NCBI GenBank assembly: GCA_029762535.1
Contig: JARVGK010000005.1
Location: 1 to 64,000, forward strand
DNA length: 64,000 nt
Direction: 5' to 3'
Source: Thermoplasmatota archaeon
Lineage (GTDB): Archaea > Thermoplasmatota > Penumbrarchaeia > Penumbrarchaeales > Penumbrarchaeaceae
The notes beneath the pieces are model-generated. The model had not been told where the DNA came from and made no database searches. It saw only the letters and a list, made by a program, of their open reading frames with translations. A program made the translations under genes and the position numbers. Below are positions 20,132 through 30,265 of this stretch, in pieces. Each line of letters begins with the position of its first letter. The first letter of the stretch is position 1.

Positions 20132-23100
20132 TTACGGGCTGGGAAATGTCAGTTCGAAGCAGGCTCCTGAATTCTGATCCCCCTGTACCCTGTCGAGGAT
20201 GCGTATTCTGCCGTTGTAACGGGTCACCAGCTCTCGCACCAAGGACAAGCCTATGCCTGAATGCACCTTTTCACAAGGGGTGCGACTGCGGTAGAGCAGC
20301 TTCTCCTTCGACTCATCGGGTATGCCCGGACCCCAGTCAGAGATCCTTATCCTAACGCAGAAGTTGTCCGGATCAGGGATCACTTCGGCTTCCAATCGGG
20401 GGTCTCTTTCCTTTTGGACCTTGATGCCGTTGTGGAAGATGTTGAAGAAAACCTCCTCCAGGATCGGCTCGGCTTTGATCATTAGCGGAGATCGATCGCA
20501 GATCGTTCGGTAATGTATCGTTCTATCCGGGAACGCGGAGCGGCAGGAATCGAGGGCCCTCTCGATGGATCCGATCACGTCGATATCGTTCAGATTTTTG
20601 TCCATGGACTCGAGCCTCGTCAGGACCAGAACGTTCTTGACCAGATGGACCGACCTGTTGGCCAGGTTCTTGATGTTCAACAGGTTGCGCCTCCTGACCT
20701 CCTCCGGCAGTGATGCCGCGTCCAGAAGCTCGAGGGAGGAGAGAATGCCTTGATGTATATTGCCTATGTCGTGGCTTATGAGGTCCAAAAGGGTCTCAGA
20801 CTTCCTTTTCTCTCTCTCAAGGGCCTCGTTGGCCCGTTTGAGATCGGATATATCAGTGATCATAGCGAAGGTCCCCTTCGCTCGTCCAGTAAGATCGAAA
20901 ACTGTTGTGGCGTTAATTATCGTATCCTTGTTATCTCCCTTAGCGGTTTGTAGCTGAAGCCCGTAGGTCCTGTGATGCTGTTTGGTCTTTTTCGAGAACA
21001 TTGTATCGAAGATACTTCGGTTCGTTTCATCCATGAACTCGGTCGGCCTCTTACCCAATACCTGTTCCCTCTCGTATCCGATCATCTCCAACAAAGCATC
21101 GTTGACCTCTATTGTGATACCGTCGTTGTCCACGAGCCAGTATCCCTCTGACGTGGTCTCGATGAGAGTCCGGTATTTCCTCTCGCTCTCGATGAGCCTC
21201 TGTCGGGCCGTGTTCCTCTCCGTCACGTCCCATACGGTGGATATCATCAGGTTCTGCTCGGGGAGCGGTATGTTCCTGGCCTCGACTATTCGATTTTCCC
21301 CGCTTTTGGTCGTGATCCTAGCATTATCCCACCGCATACGATCGGGATACCCGCTCGCTATATCCTCCATGACCCTTCTTTTCAGATTCTCCCTGTATTC
21401 TGGGTCCGGATAGACGAGTTCGAAGAACCGATCGACGTCCTTTACGTCCTCCGGCGGCCACCCGTATATCCTGCTGAAGGATGGATTGGTATATTCGACA
21501 AGGCCCGAATCCATGGAATTCACGGCTACTCCCAGGTTGAGGTTCTCAAGTATGGTATTTATGAATTGGTTCCGGTCCCTGAGATCGAACTCGCTCTTTT
21601 TAAGCCTCCTGTCCGCCATTATCTTGTCATGGGCAAAGACCAGATCCCCGGCTACCTCCTCGAAGAGAGATATCTCCTCTTTGTGAAGTTCGCGGCCCGG
21701 ATCGAGACAGGCGTGTATGAACCCCCGGAGGTTTCCGTCCCTGTCAAGCATGGGAACGAGGATCAGCTGATGCTCCATGTCATGCGAGCAGTATTCGCAT
21801 TCAGCACAGCGTTCGTCGCAGGTCTCGATCGTGACCGGCTTTTTACTGCGAAGCGACTCCATCACGCATTCAGGTGCGCCGCTTTCGGTTACTGGATCGT
21901 ATGTCCATGGATCGTGCGCATGTTCGCCGTAATGCGCTTGAGGTCTTATACGACCATCCTTGTCCAAGTAGTATATCGAAACGTCTATGTATCCTCTTAT
22001 CTCGGTCAGGATGCGGCAGGATCCTTTGAGCAGTTCGTTGAAATCATCCTGTTTCACGGTTTCCTGGTTGAGGTTCCTGATCGAGAGCAGGAAGGAATTG
22101 AGGTCCCCGATCTCTCGCTCCCATGCCTTCCTTTCGGTGATGTCGCGGGTTGTTCCCTGGAGAGCTACCGGATGCCCCTCATCATCAAGTATCAGCCTGC
22201 CGTGGATCTCGCATTGGACCCTTATACCGTCCTTGTGCCGCAGAACAATTTCGAAGACAGCACTCTGTTTGTCCAATGGCTTCTCGAGGATCTTTTTTAT
22301 TATTTGCGACATCCTGGCAAATTCATTCGGATCGCAGTGGTCCGAGAGATTGGTTCCGATGAACTCCTCCGGCGAATGGCCCAGAAGGTATAACGAAGCA
22401 GGGTTCACGTAAGTGAAGGTCAGGTCGAGGTCCATCTTCCAGATGACGTCCAGGGTGTTATCAGCGAGAAGGCGGAACTTCTCCTCACTTCGCTTCAGGG
22501 CATCCTCAGCCCTCTTTCTGGAAGTGATATCCGTATGGGTGCCGATCATTCTGATCGGTTTACCATTGGCGTCCCTCTCCACAAAACTGCCCCTTCCGCG
22601 GATCCAGATCCAGTCTCCATCCTTGCATCTGAACCTGAATTCTATATCGTAATCGGAGGACCTTCCGCTCAGGTAATCGTCTATTGCTTCTAGGGCCGAG
22701 GGCAGATCTTCCGGATGCACCCGCTCGGACCATGCAAGGAAGTCCTGATCGAATTCGCCGGGTTCGTATCCCGCCATCGTGTAATACCTGTCGTCGAAGT
22801 AAGTCTCGTTGGTCACAAGGTTCCAGTCCCATATGCCCTCATGATTCAGAGCCATTGCAAGGTCCAATCTTTCTTCGCTAGTTCTAAGCGCCTTTTCAGT
22901 CTGCATACTTATTGATATATCCTGGATCCCGGCAACGGCACCTGAATATTCGCCATTCTTTCCGAGGATAGGGGTCGTTGCTATGAGCGCATGGAGACGG
23001 GATCCATCTTTCCTTCTGAAATCGAACTCGTGGCTCTCGGCGATACCTGACATGCATTTGCCCAAATACTCCCTGGCGAGGGGTGCCATCTCCTCGTCCA

Positions 23101-23359
23101 TGAAATCGAACAGATGCCTTCCCGCCATCTCCTCAACAGAGTAACCCAACATCCTGGCCATGGCGGGGTTCACGAACGTGGTCCTTCCCTCGGCATCGAT
23201 CGCCCAGATACCTTCGATAAGGGTTTCGACCAGTCGGCGGTAGTTTTGATCGTTCTCCGGATATAACCCCATTTTAACGGCAGGACCCGATCCAGTTCCC
23301 GTCTTGAGGTTATCGCCGCTAACGATCCGATCTTTGGTCATTCTGATCCAGCGCTCCAA
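20132..23359 (-). CDS. Cytoplasmic multi-PAS/GAF sensor histidine kinase
   Basis: Five PAS/PAC repeats, one GAF, H-box ISHDIGN, N-box NIFHNGIK, DWGPGI and GIGLSLV boxes; no TM helix evident. Confidence 0.92.
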   Translation of the reverse strand: MERWIRMTKDRIVSGDNLKTGTGSGPAVKMGLYPENDQNYRRLVETLIEGIWAIDAEGRTTFVNPAMARMLGYSVEEMAGRHLFDFMDEEMAPLAREYLGKCMSGIAESHEFDFRRKDGSRLHALIATTPILGKNGEYSGAVAGIQDISISMQTEKALRTSEERLDLAMALNHEGIWDWNLVTNETYFDDRYYTMAGYEPGEFDQDFLAWSERVHPEDLPSALEAIDDYLSGRSSDYDIEFRFRCKDGDWIWIRGRGSFVERDANGKPIRMIGTHTDITSRKRAEDALKRSEEKFRLLADNTLDVIWKMDLDLTFTYVNPASLYLLGHSPEEFIGTNLSDHCDPNEFARMSQIIKKILEKPLDKQSAVFEIVLRHKDGIRVQCEIHGRLILDDEGHPVALQGTTRDITERKAWEREIGDLNSFLLSIRNLNQETVKQDDFNELLKGSCRILTEIRGYIDVSIYYLDKDGRIRPQAHYGEHAHDPWTYDPVTESGAPECVMESLRSKKPVTIETCDERCAECEYCSHDMEHQLILVPMLDRDGNLRGFIHACLDPGRELHKEEISLFEEVAGDLVFAHDKIMADRRLKKSEFDLRDRNQFINTILENLNLGVAVNSMDSGLVEYTNPSFSRIYGWPPEDVKDVDRFFELVYPDPEYRENLKRRVMEDIASGYPDRMRWDNARITTKSGENRIVEARNIPLPEQNLMISTVWDVTERNTARQRLIESERKYRTLIETTSEGYWLVDNDGITIEVNDALLEMIGYEREQVLGKRPTEFMDETNRSIFDTMFSKKTKQHHRTYGLQLQTAKGDNKDTIINATTVFDLTGRAKGTFAMITDISDLKRANEALEREKRKSETLLDLISHDIGNIHQGILSSLELLDAASLPEEVRRRNLLNIKNLANRSVHLVKNVLVLTRLESMDKNLNDIDVIGSIERALDSCRSAFPDRTIHYRTICDRSPLMIKAEPILEEVFFNIFHNGIKVQKERDPRLEAEVIPDPDNFCVRIRISDWGPGIPDESKEKLLYRSRTPCEKVHSGIGLSLVRELVTRYNGRIRILDRVQGDQNSGACFELTFPSP

Positions 23360-23483
23360 TTAGAATTGTTTCGACGCGATTCAATTCGCTTGGGAGACAA
23401 TTCCCGGAAGGATATATAAAGGCGATGAGAACAATATTGATTTGTGTAATTAATTGATACCTGTATGAACTCAAATCCAGGGA

Positions 23484-24443
23484 TCAGATAAGATACATGA
23501 CCAGGAAGCATACCTGCATGCCCATGAGCATGAGGTACATCTGTTTCCATGCCGGTGAGTTCTCGAAATGACGATCCTCCCTGTCACCCTCACGGATGAG
23601 CATGACAATGAGGACGACGGACCAGAGTGCGAAAAGAAAAGATAGAGGAAGCGCCGCTGCCGGGAGCATGCCTATGTGCCAGTAGAATGCCATAAGGAAA
23701 AAGGGGGCGATCAAAAAGGGAGAGGAATAGATGATGGCCCTCTTCTTTCCGTATTGGACCGGAAGGGTCCTGATCCCGTACATCCGGTCGCCCTTGATGT
23801 CCGTTACGTCCTTGGTCGTGGTGGATCCTATGAGAAAGATGGCCATGATGGATCCGAGCACCCATGGAGTAGTATCGGAGATGTCCCCCATAATAGACCA
23901 GGCGGCAACGAACCCCAGCATACCGCGAGGGATGGCTATGGACACGTTCGATATCCAGAGCCTTTTCTTGAGCCTGACCGGTGGAACCGAATACAATATT
24001 GTAATGATAACGAGTATGGATACCATCAGCACGAACCATCTATTGACGAACGCCGCCCTCCACAGGGCGAACGCGTACATGATCACAGCGAACCATACCC
24101 CCTCCTTAGAGGTGATGACCTTCGAGGGTATCGGCCTGTACGATTTGTTGACGATGTCTATAGGCAGATCATACACCTGATTAAGAGCGTTCGATGCGGC
24201 GTTGAGCATCACCAGGGAAATGATCCCGGAGATCAATCTGTACATAGGAAGCGTCGGCCAATGCAGGAAGGGAAGGTCGGCATCGATGTAAGGAGGCTCC
24301 AAACTGCCGGTGGCCAGAAGAGCGATGAAGGCTCCTGACAGCCCTCCAACCGCAGGAGCGAGTAGGGTGAAGGGCCTGAGCAGATCTATAAGGCCTCTTA
24401 TCCTCATAGGAGCGTACCTGGTCCTGTCCCAGGGGTCCTTCAT
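23484..24443 (-). CDS. UbiA-family prenyltransferase (DGGGP-synthase-like)
   Basis: NQVYDLPIDIVNKSYRPIPS, KDVTDIKGD..GIRTLPV, multiple TM helices. Confidence 0.88.
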   Translation of the reverse strand: MKDPWDRTRYAPMRIRGLIDLLRPFTLLAPAVGGLSGAFIALLATGSLEPPYIDADLPFLHWPTLPMYRLISGIISLVMLNAASNALNQVYDLPIDIVNKSYRPIPSKVITSKEGVWFAVIMYAFALWRAAFVNRWFVLMVSILVIITILYSVPPVRLKKRLWISNVSIAIPRGMLGFVAAWSIMGDISDTTPWVLGSIMAIFLIGSTTTKDVTDIKGDRMYGIRTLPVQYGKKRAIIYSSPFLIAPFFLMAFYWHIGMLPAAALPLSFLFALWSVVLIVMLIREGDREDRHFENSPAWKQMYLMLMGMQVCFLVMYLI

Positions 24444-24535
24444 GAAGAACTTTGCGCACGTGGGGCATCACCCTTTCGGGTAGGTCAATGTCCCACTTGG
24501 TTAAATATTAAATCCAAGCCCGATATCGCTACACC

Positions 24536-25165
24536 ATGGACCCCTCCATAGGACCCATGCTCCAATTGGACTACCTCGATATACGTTTCGAGGAGATGCA
24601 GGGCGTGTATCCGGCCAGGGAGGATACTTTCTTCATGCTCAGTTCTCTCAAGGAAAAGCTTTGCGGTCCAGGCAAGTTCCTGGAGATGGGATGCGGTTCC
24701 GGGATATGCTCGATACTGGCCGGAAAGAGTGGATACGAGGTGTTCTGCGCTGACAGGAACCCTAGAGCATTATACCTCACAAGGAACAATCTCCATCTCA
24801 ACGGCCTTTCCGGAAGGATGCTGCTCTCGGATCTCTTCGGGGGCTTCCCGCTATCGCTGATCGGGTCCTTCGACATCATGGTGTTCAACCCGCCCTACTT
24901 AGAACCATCCGAAGAGGCGATCCCCCCGATGGAAAGGCTCGCCTTGGAGGAAAAAGCCCGGTTCCAGGTCTGCGCAGGATACATCAGAGAGGGAAAGCGC
25001 TTCCTGAAGGAAGGAGGACATATGTATCTCATCGCATCTCCTTTCAGCGAGACATCTATAAGGAACGCCGTTAAGGAGAGTTCGATGGATATCATCGACG
25101 AACAACTCGACCACAGCTCGGGTGAAGCGCTCTTATTGCTCCATATCATGAAACTGCGAGAATGA
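24536..25165 (+). CDS. HemK2/MTQ2-family protein methyltransferase
   Basis: VYPAREDT, LEMGCGSG, FNPPYL. Confidence 0.88.
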   Translation: MDPSIGPMLQLDYLDIRFEEMQGVYPAREDTFFMLSSLKEKLCGPGKFLEMGCGSGICSILAGKSGYEVFCADRNPRALYLTRNNLHLNGLSGRMLLSDLFGGFPLSLIGSFDIMVFNPPYLEPSEEAIPPMERLALEEKARFQVCAGYIREGKRFLKEGGHMYLIASPFSETSIRNAVKESSMDIIDEQLDHSSGEALLLLHIMKLRE

Positions 25166-25201
25166 TAATCTGTTAAATATCTGAAGGTAGATATTCGTCC
25201 T

Positions 25202-26086
25202 ATGCTGGTGTTGAAGCTCGGTGGGTCTTACATCACCTACAAGAGGATGGAGGCATCGGTCCCCCTGAAAGAGATCGAGATATCCAGGAGCTATCCTGTC
25301 AAGCATTCCTTGATACGAAGGATCGGGAGCATCTTGAAAGAAGGATGCCATGATGACCTGATCATCGTGCATGGCGGGGGTACCCACGGACACAGGACCG
25401 TCCGAAGATGGAAGGAGATGGCCCCGAAACTCGATGCTCGGATGATGGCCTGGGAGGTCCGCTACAGAATGGACCAGCTCACGGAACAGGTGATGCGGGC
25501 CCTAGGAGAGGCCGGTCTTCCGGTATATCCTGTGGACCCGCCGGATGTGATACTCGCAAAGGACGGCTGTATAGATTCCTTCGACGCCACGCCCCTGCTG
25601 CGCCTGCTCGAGCGGGGGATGGTCCCCGTCATGAGAGGGGACCTTGTTCCTGATGGGGACAAGGGATGGAGCGTGGTGTCCGGGGACGACATCATGGTGA
25701 GGCTCGCGGACCTCTCGATGACCGAGGTCCTGCCGGGGATCGATCGAGCGGTCATGTGCATGGAGGCGTCCGGTTTCTATCAGAGGACCGAGGGACCCGA
25801 GAGCCTCATGGAAAGCATAGACAGGGATATTTTCCACTCTTCCTATGCTGATTGGAAATCGCACAAGGTGTCTCTGGAAAAGGACGAGAGCGGCGGTATA
25901 TATGGAAAGATGATATGCGCCCATATGTTATCCGCAAGGGGCATACGGACCCATCTTATCGGGGACGACCCTTCAAGCCTCTTTACGGTTCTATCCGGCG
26001 GCAGGGCCGGAACGGAGTTCGTACCTTTCGAAGGGGATGAGATCTGCAGGATGGGGACCTGCGTCGGGGAGAAAGGAGGGGTATGA
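25202..26086 (+). CDS. ipk: Isopentenyl phosphate kinase
   Basis: LKLGGSYIT.K, VHGGGTHGH, GDLV, VSGD, D.SGG..GK; adjacent to fni. Confidence 0.88.
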   Translation: MLVLKLGGSYITYKRMEASVPLKEIEISRSYPVKHSLIRRIGSILKEGCHDDLIIVHGGGTHGHRTVRRWKEMAPKLDARMMAWEVRYRMDQLTEQVMRALGEAGLPVYPVDPPDVILAKDGCIDSFDATPLLRLLERGMVPVMRGDLVPDGDKGWSVVSGDDIMVRLADLSMTEVLPGIDRAVMCMEASGFYQRTEGPESLMESIDRDIFHSSYADWKSHKVSLEKDESGGIYGKMICAHMLSARGIRTHLIGDDPSSLFTVLSGGRAGTEFVPFEGDEICRMGTCVGEKGGV

Positions 26087-26087
26087 G

Positions 26088-27164
26088 CTGAGCATCGAGG
26101 GGAGAAAGGACGATCATATCGATATATGTCTGACCGAGAAGGTTTCAGCGGAGAGGAACTGGTGGGATGACGTCATGTTAACCCACGAGGCGATCCCCTC
26201 ATGCGATCTAGATGACGTTGACCTGAGAACGTCCTTTTTAGGCAGGAGTCTCGAAGCACCCATCATCATATCGGCAATGACCGGGGGGTCCAAAAGGGCT
26301 CTTGAATACAACAGGATGATGGCCAAAGCTGCACAGGAGTTCGGTCTGGGCATGGGGGTTGGATCCCAAAGGGCCGGTATCGAAAGGCCGCAGTACAGGG
26401 CCACTTACGAGGTAGTTAGGGATTATGATGTCCCGCTGCTCATGGGCAACATCGGCGCCCCTCAGATAGTTAGGGCGAAGGACATGGAGGATGCCGCCCT
26501 AATGATCTCATCATCGATCGATATGATAGGGGCTCATGCGGTATGCCTCCATCTGAACTATCTTCAAGAGGTTGTCCAGCAGGAAGGTGAAACACGGGCT
26601 GAGGACCTGATCGTGCGCGTTAAGGGATTATCCTCCCGTTTCCCGATCGTGGCGAAGGAGACAGGTGCTGGTTTATCACGTAGTTCGGCAGTCGCTCTCA
26701 GGGATGCAGGAATTGCCGCTCTGGACGTTGGCGGAATGTCGGGCACTAGCTTTTCCGCGGTGGAATCTTTCAGGTCTAAGCCGGGAAAGGAGCGCCCGAT
26801 GCGCCTGGGAAGGGCGTTCTGGAACTGGGGGATCCCCTCTCCGGCAAGCGTCATATTCTCGAAAGTGGGGATCCCTCTGATCGCGTCAGGGGGGATAAGG
26901 AACGGGCTGGACGCCGCAAGGGGGATCGCCCTTGGCGCGGACTGCTCGGGTATGGCAAGAAACCTGTTGATCGCCGCTTCCAAAGGCTACGAGGATCTGG
27001 CACAGGAGATCGGAATGGTCATCGACGAGCTGAAAGCCTCCATCTTCCTGTGCGGAAAGGACAGCGCTCGAGCGTTGAAAGGATCTTGTGCGATAGTTGT
27101 TGGGCCCACAAGGGAATACCTTGGATATGAAGGTCACATAGATTATCCAGGGACCGGAATTTGA
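26088..27164 (+). CDS. fni: Type 2 isopentenyl-diphosphate isomerase
   Basis: RKDDHI, SAMTGG, GVGSQR, HLNYLQE, KETGAG, GGTSF-like, ASGGIRNG. Start uncertain (CTG 26088 or ATG 26037). Confidence 0.95.
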   Translation: MSIEGRKDDHIDICLTEKVSAERNWWDDVMLTHEAIPSCDLDDVDLRTSFLGRSLEAPIIISAMTGGSKRALEYNRMMAKAAQEFGLGMGVGSQRAGIERPQYRATYEVVRDYDVPLLMGNIGAPQIVRAKDMEDAALMISSSIDMIGAHAVCLHLNYLQEVVQQEGETRAEDLIVRVKGLSSRFPIVAKETGAGLSRSSAVALRDAGIAALDVGGMSGTSFSAVESFRSKPGKERPMRLGRAFWNWGIPSPASVIFSKVGIPLIASGGIRNGLDAARGIALGADCSGMARNLLIAASKGYEDLAQEIGMVIDELKASIFLCGKDSARALKGSCAIVVGPTREYLGYEGHIDYPGTGI

Positions 27165-27230
27165 GCGAAATATATATAATCGTCCGTTAGTGATGATCGA
27201 TCGACATACAATTCACAAAGAGGATGGCAG

Positions 27231-28511
27231 ATGGGCATACTGGATTGGATCAAGGGCTCGAAAAGGGCAAAGGCAAAACGCCACGATACCGAGCCCAAAC
27301 AGGTCCTTGCATCTAAGATCGAGAGAAAACGCGCTGATGAGATAGAGCGTGTGCGAAAGGAGCTCGAGAGACAGAGAGAGGCGAACAGGCTTCAGGAGAG
27401 GAAACTGAAGGAAATGGAGGCCAGGTTCTCCGAGGCCCAGTCACGCTTCGTCGAGCTTATGGAAAAACAATCCAAGAGCATAGAGATGCTGCTCGAGGTT
27501 AGAACTGATGAACCAACGTCCGTTACCTTGGATCAGTTCGAAGAAGCAAAGATGCCCCCCCACAATGGAAATGTAGGACCAGAAGATGGTCCTTCCGAGG
27601 AGGATGTTGACAGAGGTGACATACTCAAAGATAAGACGTTCGATAATTTCGTTGTGGACGATTCCAATCGTTTTGCCTATCTTGCGGCGGAAGCCGCGGC
27701 CACAGGGATCGGACGAAAATACAATCCCCTTTTCGTTTACGGACCCCCGGGGGTTGGAAAGACCCATCTGCTCCACGCTCTCGCGAACAAGATGCTCGAG
27801 AACAAGCCCGATCTCAAAGTGATGTATTCCTCCACAGAGGTCTATACGGACGAGATAATAGCCGCCATAGAAAGGGACGATCTGAAGAGCTTCAGGAAAA
27901 GGTATCACGACCTGGACGTTCTCCTCATCGATGATGTACAGACCTTATCCGGAAAGGAGACGACACAGATGGAGTTCTTCCATCTGTTCAACCATCTGTA
28001 CAATGCCGGAAAGCAGATAGTTCTGTGTTCTGACAGGCCGCCGATGGACATCAAGGAGCTGGAGAGCAGGCTTAAATCCAGGTTCGAGGGCGGTCTTATC
28101 ATCGATATAAACATCCCCACATTCGAGGGCAGGAGGCAGATACTCTACAACCTCTCGATGCGTAACGGCCTATCTCTCTCGACCGAGGTCATGGATTACA
28201 TGGCCTACTATCTCGATTCGAACATAAGGGAACTGGAGGGTGGTTTCAACAGGGTCACCGCCTATGCCTCACTGATGAAGGAGCCGATCACCATCTCGCT
28301 CGTGCGGAAGGTTCTCGAAGGAGTGCTGTTGGGAAAGCCCGGGTCGATGACCGAAAAGAAGCACGTGATGGAGATCCCTTCATCGGAACTTGAGGATGTG
28401 CCGCCCGGGCTGATCGTAAAGAACAAGGTTCGTCCTGTCGATCATGAACTTGAAAAGGAGACGGACCTCCTCGAAAAGGAACTGCTCAAGGAGCTCAAAC
28501 TCTCCAAGTGA
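27231..28511 (+). CDS. DnaA/Hda-family AAA+ ATPase (DnaA domain III only) with N-terminal coiled coil; no domain IV
   Basis: TFDNFVV..SNRFA, YNPLFVYGPPGVGKTHLLHA, LLIDDVQ, EFFHLFN, SDRPP, RLKSRFEGGL, NIRELEG. Confidence 0.92.
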   Translation: MGILDWIKGSKRAKAKRHDTEPKQVLASKIERKRADEIERVRKELERQREANRLQERKLKEMEARFSEAQSRFVELMEKQSKSIEMLLEVRTDEPTSVTLDQFEEAKMPPHNGNVGPEDGPSEEDVDRGDILKDKTFDNFVVDDSNRFAYLAAEAAATGIGRKYNPLFVYGPPGVGKTHLLHALANKMLENKPDLKVMYSSTEVYTDEIIAAIERDDLKSFRKRYHDLDVLLIDDVQTLSGKETTQMEFFHLFNHLYNAGKQIVLCSDRPPMDIKELESRLKSRFEGGLIIDINIPTFEGRRQILYNLSMRNGLSLSTEVMDYMAYYLDSNIRELEGGFNRVTAYASLMKEPITISLVRKVLEGVLLGKPGSMTEKKHVMEIPSSELEDVPPGLIVKNKVRPVDHELEKETDLLEKELLKELKLSK

Positions 28512-28622
28512 AGGACGGTCCGATCTAGAATTCCATTATCTAAAGGTGGATAACGAGGGAATAGATTATATAATGCCCTGGGCAATATACCGGAATGGGA
28601 AACGCCCGGGGAAGGTGAAACG

Positions 28623-29288
28623 ATGAGGGAAAGGATGATGGCAAGGGAAGTGCACCCTTCCGATTTCGAGAGAACGGAGGCCTATTTTCTCAAGAGGTTC
28701 TTTGGATACGTCATAGACCTGGCGATAATGATGATAATTTCGATATTCGTATTCCTCATAGCCGGGTTCGACCTAAGCGCAGCGCTCACATGGATCATGG
28801 TGATCGCCCTCACCGGGATACTCCTTGTACTTTTCAAGACCGCCACTGAATGGATAAAGAAGGAGAGCCCGGGGAAGTTCCTCATTGGATTGAGGGTCGA
28901 GCCCCTGGAAGAGGACCTGACCTTGCCTGCGGCTTTCCTGAGGAACATCACGGGAGCGATCCCGCTGCTACTGCCCCTTATGGATATGGCCATAGGCTTC
29001 GCTGGTTCCGAGGATAACAGGCAGAAGATAACGGACAGCATATCGAAGACAATAGTGGTGGAGAACATCCCCATCGTGGCAAGGGAGCTCCCACACAGAC
29101 CTGTCCAGATGGAACCCAAAGAGAGACCTGAGCCCTTCAGGCTTGGATTCGATTCGGGATATGCGAAGGGCAACTGTCCCAGATGCGGCGCCCCTTACAG
29201 GGTGCTGCCGCCGGGAGATGAGAGGTTCAACGGACTGTGGAACCACCGCTGCACATGGTGCAACTACATGATCCAGGAAGGAGTTTGA
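28623..29288 (+). CDS. RDD-family membrane protein with C-terminal zinc ribbon
   Basis: KRFFGYVID, SPGKFLIGLRV, LRN, RQKITD..SKTIVV; CPRC..CTWC. Confidence 0.85.
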   Translation: MRERMMAREVHPSDFERTEAYFLKRFFGYVIDLAIMMIISIFVFLIAGFDLSAALTWIMVIALTGILLVLFKTATEWIKKESPGKFLIGLRVEPLEEDLTLPAAFLRNITGAIPLLLPLMDMAIGFAGSEDNRQKITDSISKTIVVENIPIVARELPHRPVQMEPKERPEPFRLGFDSGYAKGNCPRCGAPYRVLPPGDERFNGLWNHRCTWCNYMIQEGV

Positions 29289-29299
29289 GAACGCTGTTC

Positions 29300-30265
29300 A
29301 TGACGATCCCAACCGAGGCGCGCCCGATGAGATGCGACAGGTGCACGAGGCCTCCTGCAATATACCTACGTTACAGCGGGCAACATCTGTGCAAAGATCA
29401 TTATCTCGACCTGCTCAGAAGAAGGTTCAGGAAGGAGGTGAGGGCACAGGGTTTCAAGTCTCGTTCCGCCAGGGTGGGGATCGCACTATCTGGGGGAAAA
29501 GATAGTGTACTACTCGCCGAAATGGCCCATGAGCTCATATCTGTGATGAAGGGCGTTTCCATTATATCATTGACAGTGGACGAAGGTATCGCGGACTACA
29601 GACCATCCTCGATAGCCATAGCGAAGGATATCACCGAAAAGTTGAGCATGGAACATGATATCCTTTCGTTCACCGAGATCGTTGGAAAGGACCTTGACGA
29701 ACTTGTAGGCCTTTCGGAACTAGGACCTTGTACCATCTGCGGGATCCTGAGAAGGAAGGCGTTGAACCTCTTGGCCCGGAGGAACGGCTGCACCCATCTT
29801 ATGACCGGACACAACCTCGATGATTTCGCCCAGACAGTGCTCATGAACGTGCTCTCGGCTGACGTCGTCAGGCTGATCAGGCTTGGCCCTCACAGCGGAT
29901 CGGTCAAAGGATTCGTTCCCAGATTGATGCCTTTGAGGACAACACCCGAAACGGAGACCTACCTTGCGGCCCATCTTCTTTCCCTACCGATACATGATAG
30001 GGAATGTCCTTATGCACATACGGCAAGAAGGGGGCATATCAGAAAGCTGGTGATGCTGGCCGAGGACGAGAGGCCGGGGACGAGGCATTCCCTCCTAAGG
30101 TTTGCCGATGAAATGAAGTCGATGAGTAGCTTCGACGTCCCCGCAGTAGCATCGTGCATGGCCTGCGGGGAGGTCCTTGTCGAGCCAGAAGATAGAAAAA
30201 TGTGCCGATGTTGCAGGATGCTTACAGAGATGGGGGTCATGAACGATGCGGAAAAGGATGCTTGA
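29300..30265 (+). CDS. tRNA 2-thiolation protein, TtuA/Ncs6 (TIGR00269) family
   Basis: N-terminal CxxC..CxxH, PP-loop SGGKDS, CTICGILRR, GHNLDD, ECPY, C-terminal zinc finger; start approximate. Confidence 0.92.
   Translation: MTIPTEARPMRCDRCTRPPAIYLRYSGQHLCKDHYLDLLRRRFRKEVRAQGFKSRSARVGIALSGGKDSVLLAEMAHELISVMKGVSIISLTVDEGIADYRPSSIAIAKDITEKLSMEHDILSFTEIVGKDLDELVGLSELGPCTICGILRRKALNLLARRNGCTHLMTGHNLDDFAQTVLMNVLSADVVRLIRLGPHSGSVKGFVPRLMPLRTTPETETYLAAHLLSLPIHDRECPYAHTARRGHIRKLVMLAEDERPGTRHSLLRFADEMKSMSSFDVPAVASCMACGEVLVEPEDRKMCRCCRMLTEMGVMNDAEKDA

Noticed and set aside
28545-28553. 8/9 DnaA-box match after the DnaA-like gene (another at 57871-57879)
   Set aside because: Isolated mismatched 9-mers with no cluster
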